DNA of 64,000 nucleotides. It comes from Mobula hypostoma (taxonomy: Eukaryota). The notes under the pieces were generated by a model that made no database searches, was not told where the DNA came from, and worked only from the letters and a program-made list of their open reading frames with translations. This document shows, piece by piece, positions 60,761 to 64,000 of the stretch (position 1 is its first letter; every line of letters starts with the position of its first letter). The translations under genes and the position numbers were made by a program. The stretch spans positions 237,150,001-237,214,000 of the forward strand of contig NC_086098.1 of NCBI RefSeq assembly GCF_963921235.1. The letters are read 5' to 3'.

Positions 60761-60789
60761 TGTTGTTGTCTTAACTCAATCTGAATACC

Positions 60790-62555
60790 TACACCGCCCC
60801 AATCGTGGCATATATCATTTATCAAACTCCTCCTTTAAAATGCAAACTCATAAAAGAAATCATGCCTTACTATATATACAGTACAAACCTAATCCAGTTT
60901 TAGAACCAGAATACCACGGAGCTGTTAACCTATCTGCAACTCATAATAACCATCCGGAAATAGTAGTATGGGGATATTCTTCGTTGTAAGTTTTCCCGTT
61001 TAGTTTCGGACCAAGATATTATGCGAAAAGAAAACGTTAATATAGCGAAAGTGCTTATTGCGGTTCTTATATTTTCACTTTTGATCTCTCTTTGGCAGAT
61101 TTTCTACAGCCTTGAAGTAAATTCGATCAAAGGGTTTTCCTTTATCGCACTATGAACTATTTTTTTGCTTGTTGATATCCCAGATATTTATATGTTTCAT
61201 ATTCATCCATCAGCTACATTGTATCCTGCACTGTTTTCTATTTTATTCTCTCCATTATACCTTTCCTTATGCTTTATGTTCTGCATTTACCTGGTTTATG
61301 TTTATATCTTTCGAAAGTAGTTCTACTTTGATAGAATTTCTTTAACTTTACTGACGAAGGAGCATGTATAGAAGGTGTATTAAAATATAGCTCATTTCGT
61401 TGTTTCTCATTTGATACCCAGTTTTCGTCAGATTCAGTAAATTAGAGAGCGGGTTTAAAGCTAGACAGAACCATAGTGGTCTTACAAAGTCGTCTTGCAA
61501 AATGCCTCGATTTATTTGATAACAATGGTTGTTCTCTTTTTTATTCTTAATAGATAGGTTGATTATAGTACGCCAGTGCTTCATCAAATGTTGAACAAAT
61601 TTCAAATGCATTGGGTGTAAGTTTATATATTTGAAGAAATATGGTGTCAACAGTGTGAACATAGTGAAATACAGTGGGGTAGTGTCAAATGATATTTGGT
61701 AGTCAATAGAGCAACATGAAAGATTTCAGCTTTAACGACAGGGTTAATTTAGAATTGCAGAACCTATTTTCAGTTTTTCTTTACATCCTTTCATACCCTT
61801 ATGACAAAACTTCTTCAATAAATTGTGGTTATGAAAGTGAGTGTTGATTAGGTGCGAGATATGATGTTAAAATTTTCTATATAGCTTGTAATCAAATAAT
61901 AGGAAGATATTTTGATTGATATTTTGTGATTTCCTCTTTAGGTAAAATTTATGTTGACTTATGTCAAAAATTCAGGCACTTTTTCAGGATTCTTAATCGA
62001 ATTAGTGATGTGGATTACTAGGTACAGATGAAGGCAAGTAAAATTTTGACAGAATTTATGTCAAAGCTTAGAAAATCTGCCAAACAGAGCTGAACGGGAA
62101 AAATATGACAAAAAAAATAGCTTAAGCTGAGAAAAAATAAATAGTAATACGAATATAATATTGCAGGATAAACAAGCAATAACAACTTACTGAATAGATA
62201 ATCATTCCAAACACACTTAAATTAGAGAAATAAATATGTGAAAAACACCAGAAATAGGCTAAAATACAAGAGGAAATTGAATGATTTTGGAACACGAACA
62301 GGGTACACATTGTCCCCATAATTTTATATACATCCGGCAACATCCCAAAGGCACTACACAATAGCATTAAACAATTAGGACTACACAGTAATATCCAGGT
62401 AAATTTTCAGAAGGCCACAATAATAACCAGAACCAGAATATTCCGATAGATTCTAACAATTGAGAAAAGAGCGTGCTTGCCTATACGCACGCCTCGTTTC
62501 ACCAGATTGAGCCGAGAAAAAAATATTTTTACATTTCAATAATAATAATAATAAA
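60790..62555. mobile_element. R4/Dong-like (restriction-like endonuclease clade) non-LTR retroelement fragments in both orientations
   Basis: Minus ORF 61348-61662 INRGILQDDFVRPLWFCLALNPLSNLLN...HLLYM. Plus 62130-62555 resembles the RLE region (IILQDKQAITTY...IPN) and ends in an (AAT)n tail. Confidence 0.7.
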
Positions 62556-63089
62556 TAGATAGATGGATAAATTATGAATAAATGAATAAGTACATAGTTC
62601 GATAGAAAAATAAATAAATAAATCGATAGATAGACAATTGGATAAATATACAAATAAATAAACAAAAACTTAAATAGCGATATATGAGTTGGTCCTTGAA
62701 TATGAGTTATTATGTTGTGGCAACGATTAGTGTTGAGAAGAGTGAAGCTGAGTGAAGTTATCCCCTCTGGTTCAAGAGCTGATGTTTGAGGGGTAATACC
62801 GGCTCCCGAACCTGGCGTGTGTCCTGAAGTTGCTGTGCCACCTTTTTGATGGCAGTAGCGAGTAGGGAGTGCGGTCTCGATGGTGAGATTATTGGATTAT
62901 GGCTATTGCTTTCTGTGCAGATGTGTCTTAGAGTATAGATGTCTTTGAAAATATCTTGCTCCTATCTGCCGCTCAGTAGAGTAATCTTCTGAGACTGTTG
63001 AAAGTGTGCCACGGGACTGAGTCCAGACTAAGTAAGGCAGAAAGGAAAGAAGTTCCCGAGTGGAGTGAACTCGGCCTTTTCTCCTTGGA

Positions 63090-63480
63090 GTGACAGAGGA
63101 TGAGAGGTGACCTGAGAGAGGTGTATAAGATGATGAGAGGCATTGATCGTGTGGATAGTCAGAGACTTTTTCTCAGGGCTGAGATGGCTGCTACAAGAGG
63201 GCACGGGTTTGAGGTGCTTGGGAGTAGGTACAGTGGAGATGTCAGGGGTAGGTTTTTCACGCAGAGAGTGGTGAGTGCGTGGAATGGGCTGTTGGCAACT
63301 TTGGTGGAGGCGGATACGATAGGGTCTTATAGGAGACTTTTGGATAGGTACATGGAATTTAGGAAAATAGAGAGCTATGAGTAATCTTAGTAATTATAAG
63401 GTAGGGACATGTTCGGTACAACTTTGTGGGCCGAGGGGTCTGTATTGTGCTGTAGGTTTTCTGTGTTTCTATGTTTCTAA
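63090..63480 (+). mobile_element. CR1 3' end
   Basis: ORF 63100-63384 MRGDLREVYKMMRGIDRVDSQRLF...FFTQRVVSAWNGL. Confidence 0.9.
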
Positions 63481-64000
63481 GTTTGTATGCATCACCGATC
63501 AGGCAGGGAAATGCATTTAAATTAACGACAAGTTAGGGATCACGCCTCCGATTCGTTAGCTTGGATCAACAGCCGGGTAAACAAAAACAGTCCGGAAACT
63601 CAAGTCTCGGCAGAAGAAAGTGAAGGGAGGATACCTGGGCCAGCCAATTCTGTGCCAGCGCAGGGACTCCCAAACCCGTCTCTAAGAAGAATAAGGCAAC
63701 TCTAGGTATCAGGAGGTCATGCCACTCCCGAGCTGACTCCCGGCTTCTAGCAGATTTCCAACCACCCTGAATAAATCCTTCATCAACGAAGGTTTAGACG
63801 CACATCGGCAAAAATGGTTTCAGCCCTAAACCAATTATTTCCACAATACGTGCAAAACCGAACAAGCCCGACGCAACACTACTTCTTCGGCTGCATGGTG
63901 CTCCCATGTTCCTGCCCTTCAGTCAGTGAGAATCTCCCTCCGTATTTTCAGTGGGATCGTCTTCTGACCTGTTTCGTCAGCGGGGAATATACGACAAGCC

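Overview
Repeat-rich vertebrate genomic DNA, most likely from a cartilaginous fish (ray/skate-like; inferred from the Ig type and the CR1/Penelope/Rex/R4 repeat mix). Three immunoglobulin-superfamily units lie head-to-tail on the minus strand. (1) An apparently intact sigma-cart (type I / NS5-like) Ig light-chain cluster with a germline-joined VJ exon (leader 14096-14048, VJ 13913-13560, C 11868-11540; 243 aa). (2) A pseudogene paralogue (leader 32588-32540, VJ 32400-32041) with a longer V-J junction, two stops, three broken splice sites, a Penelope-derived insertion next to the J donor and no detectable C exon. (3) A complete six-exon non-rearranging antigen-receptor-like gene, reconstructed by hand from splice signals (leader 52409-52367, VJ 51563-51225, C1 51135-50833, TM 45726-45610, cytoplasmic 45498-45440 and 41810-41718; 954 nt, 317 aa). 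It has an uncharged TM and a TTYAAL ITIM/ITSM-like motif and resembles the PRARP/VJC1-type genes. Its close linkage to germline-joined IgL clusters is the most interesting feature. No complete RSS was found. The rest is mostly decayed retroelements plus one 206-N assembly gap. All family assignments are by eye; no database search was run, so novelty is not established.
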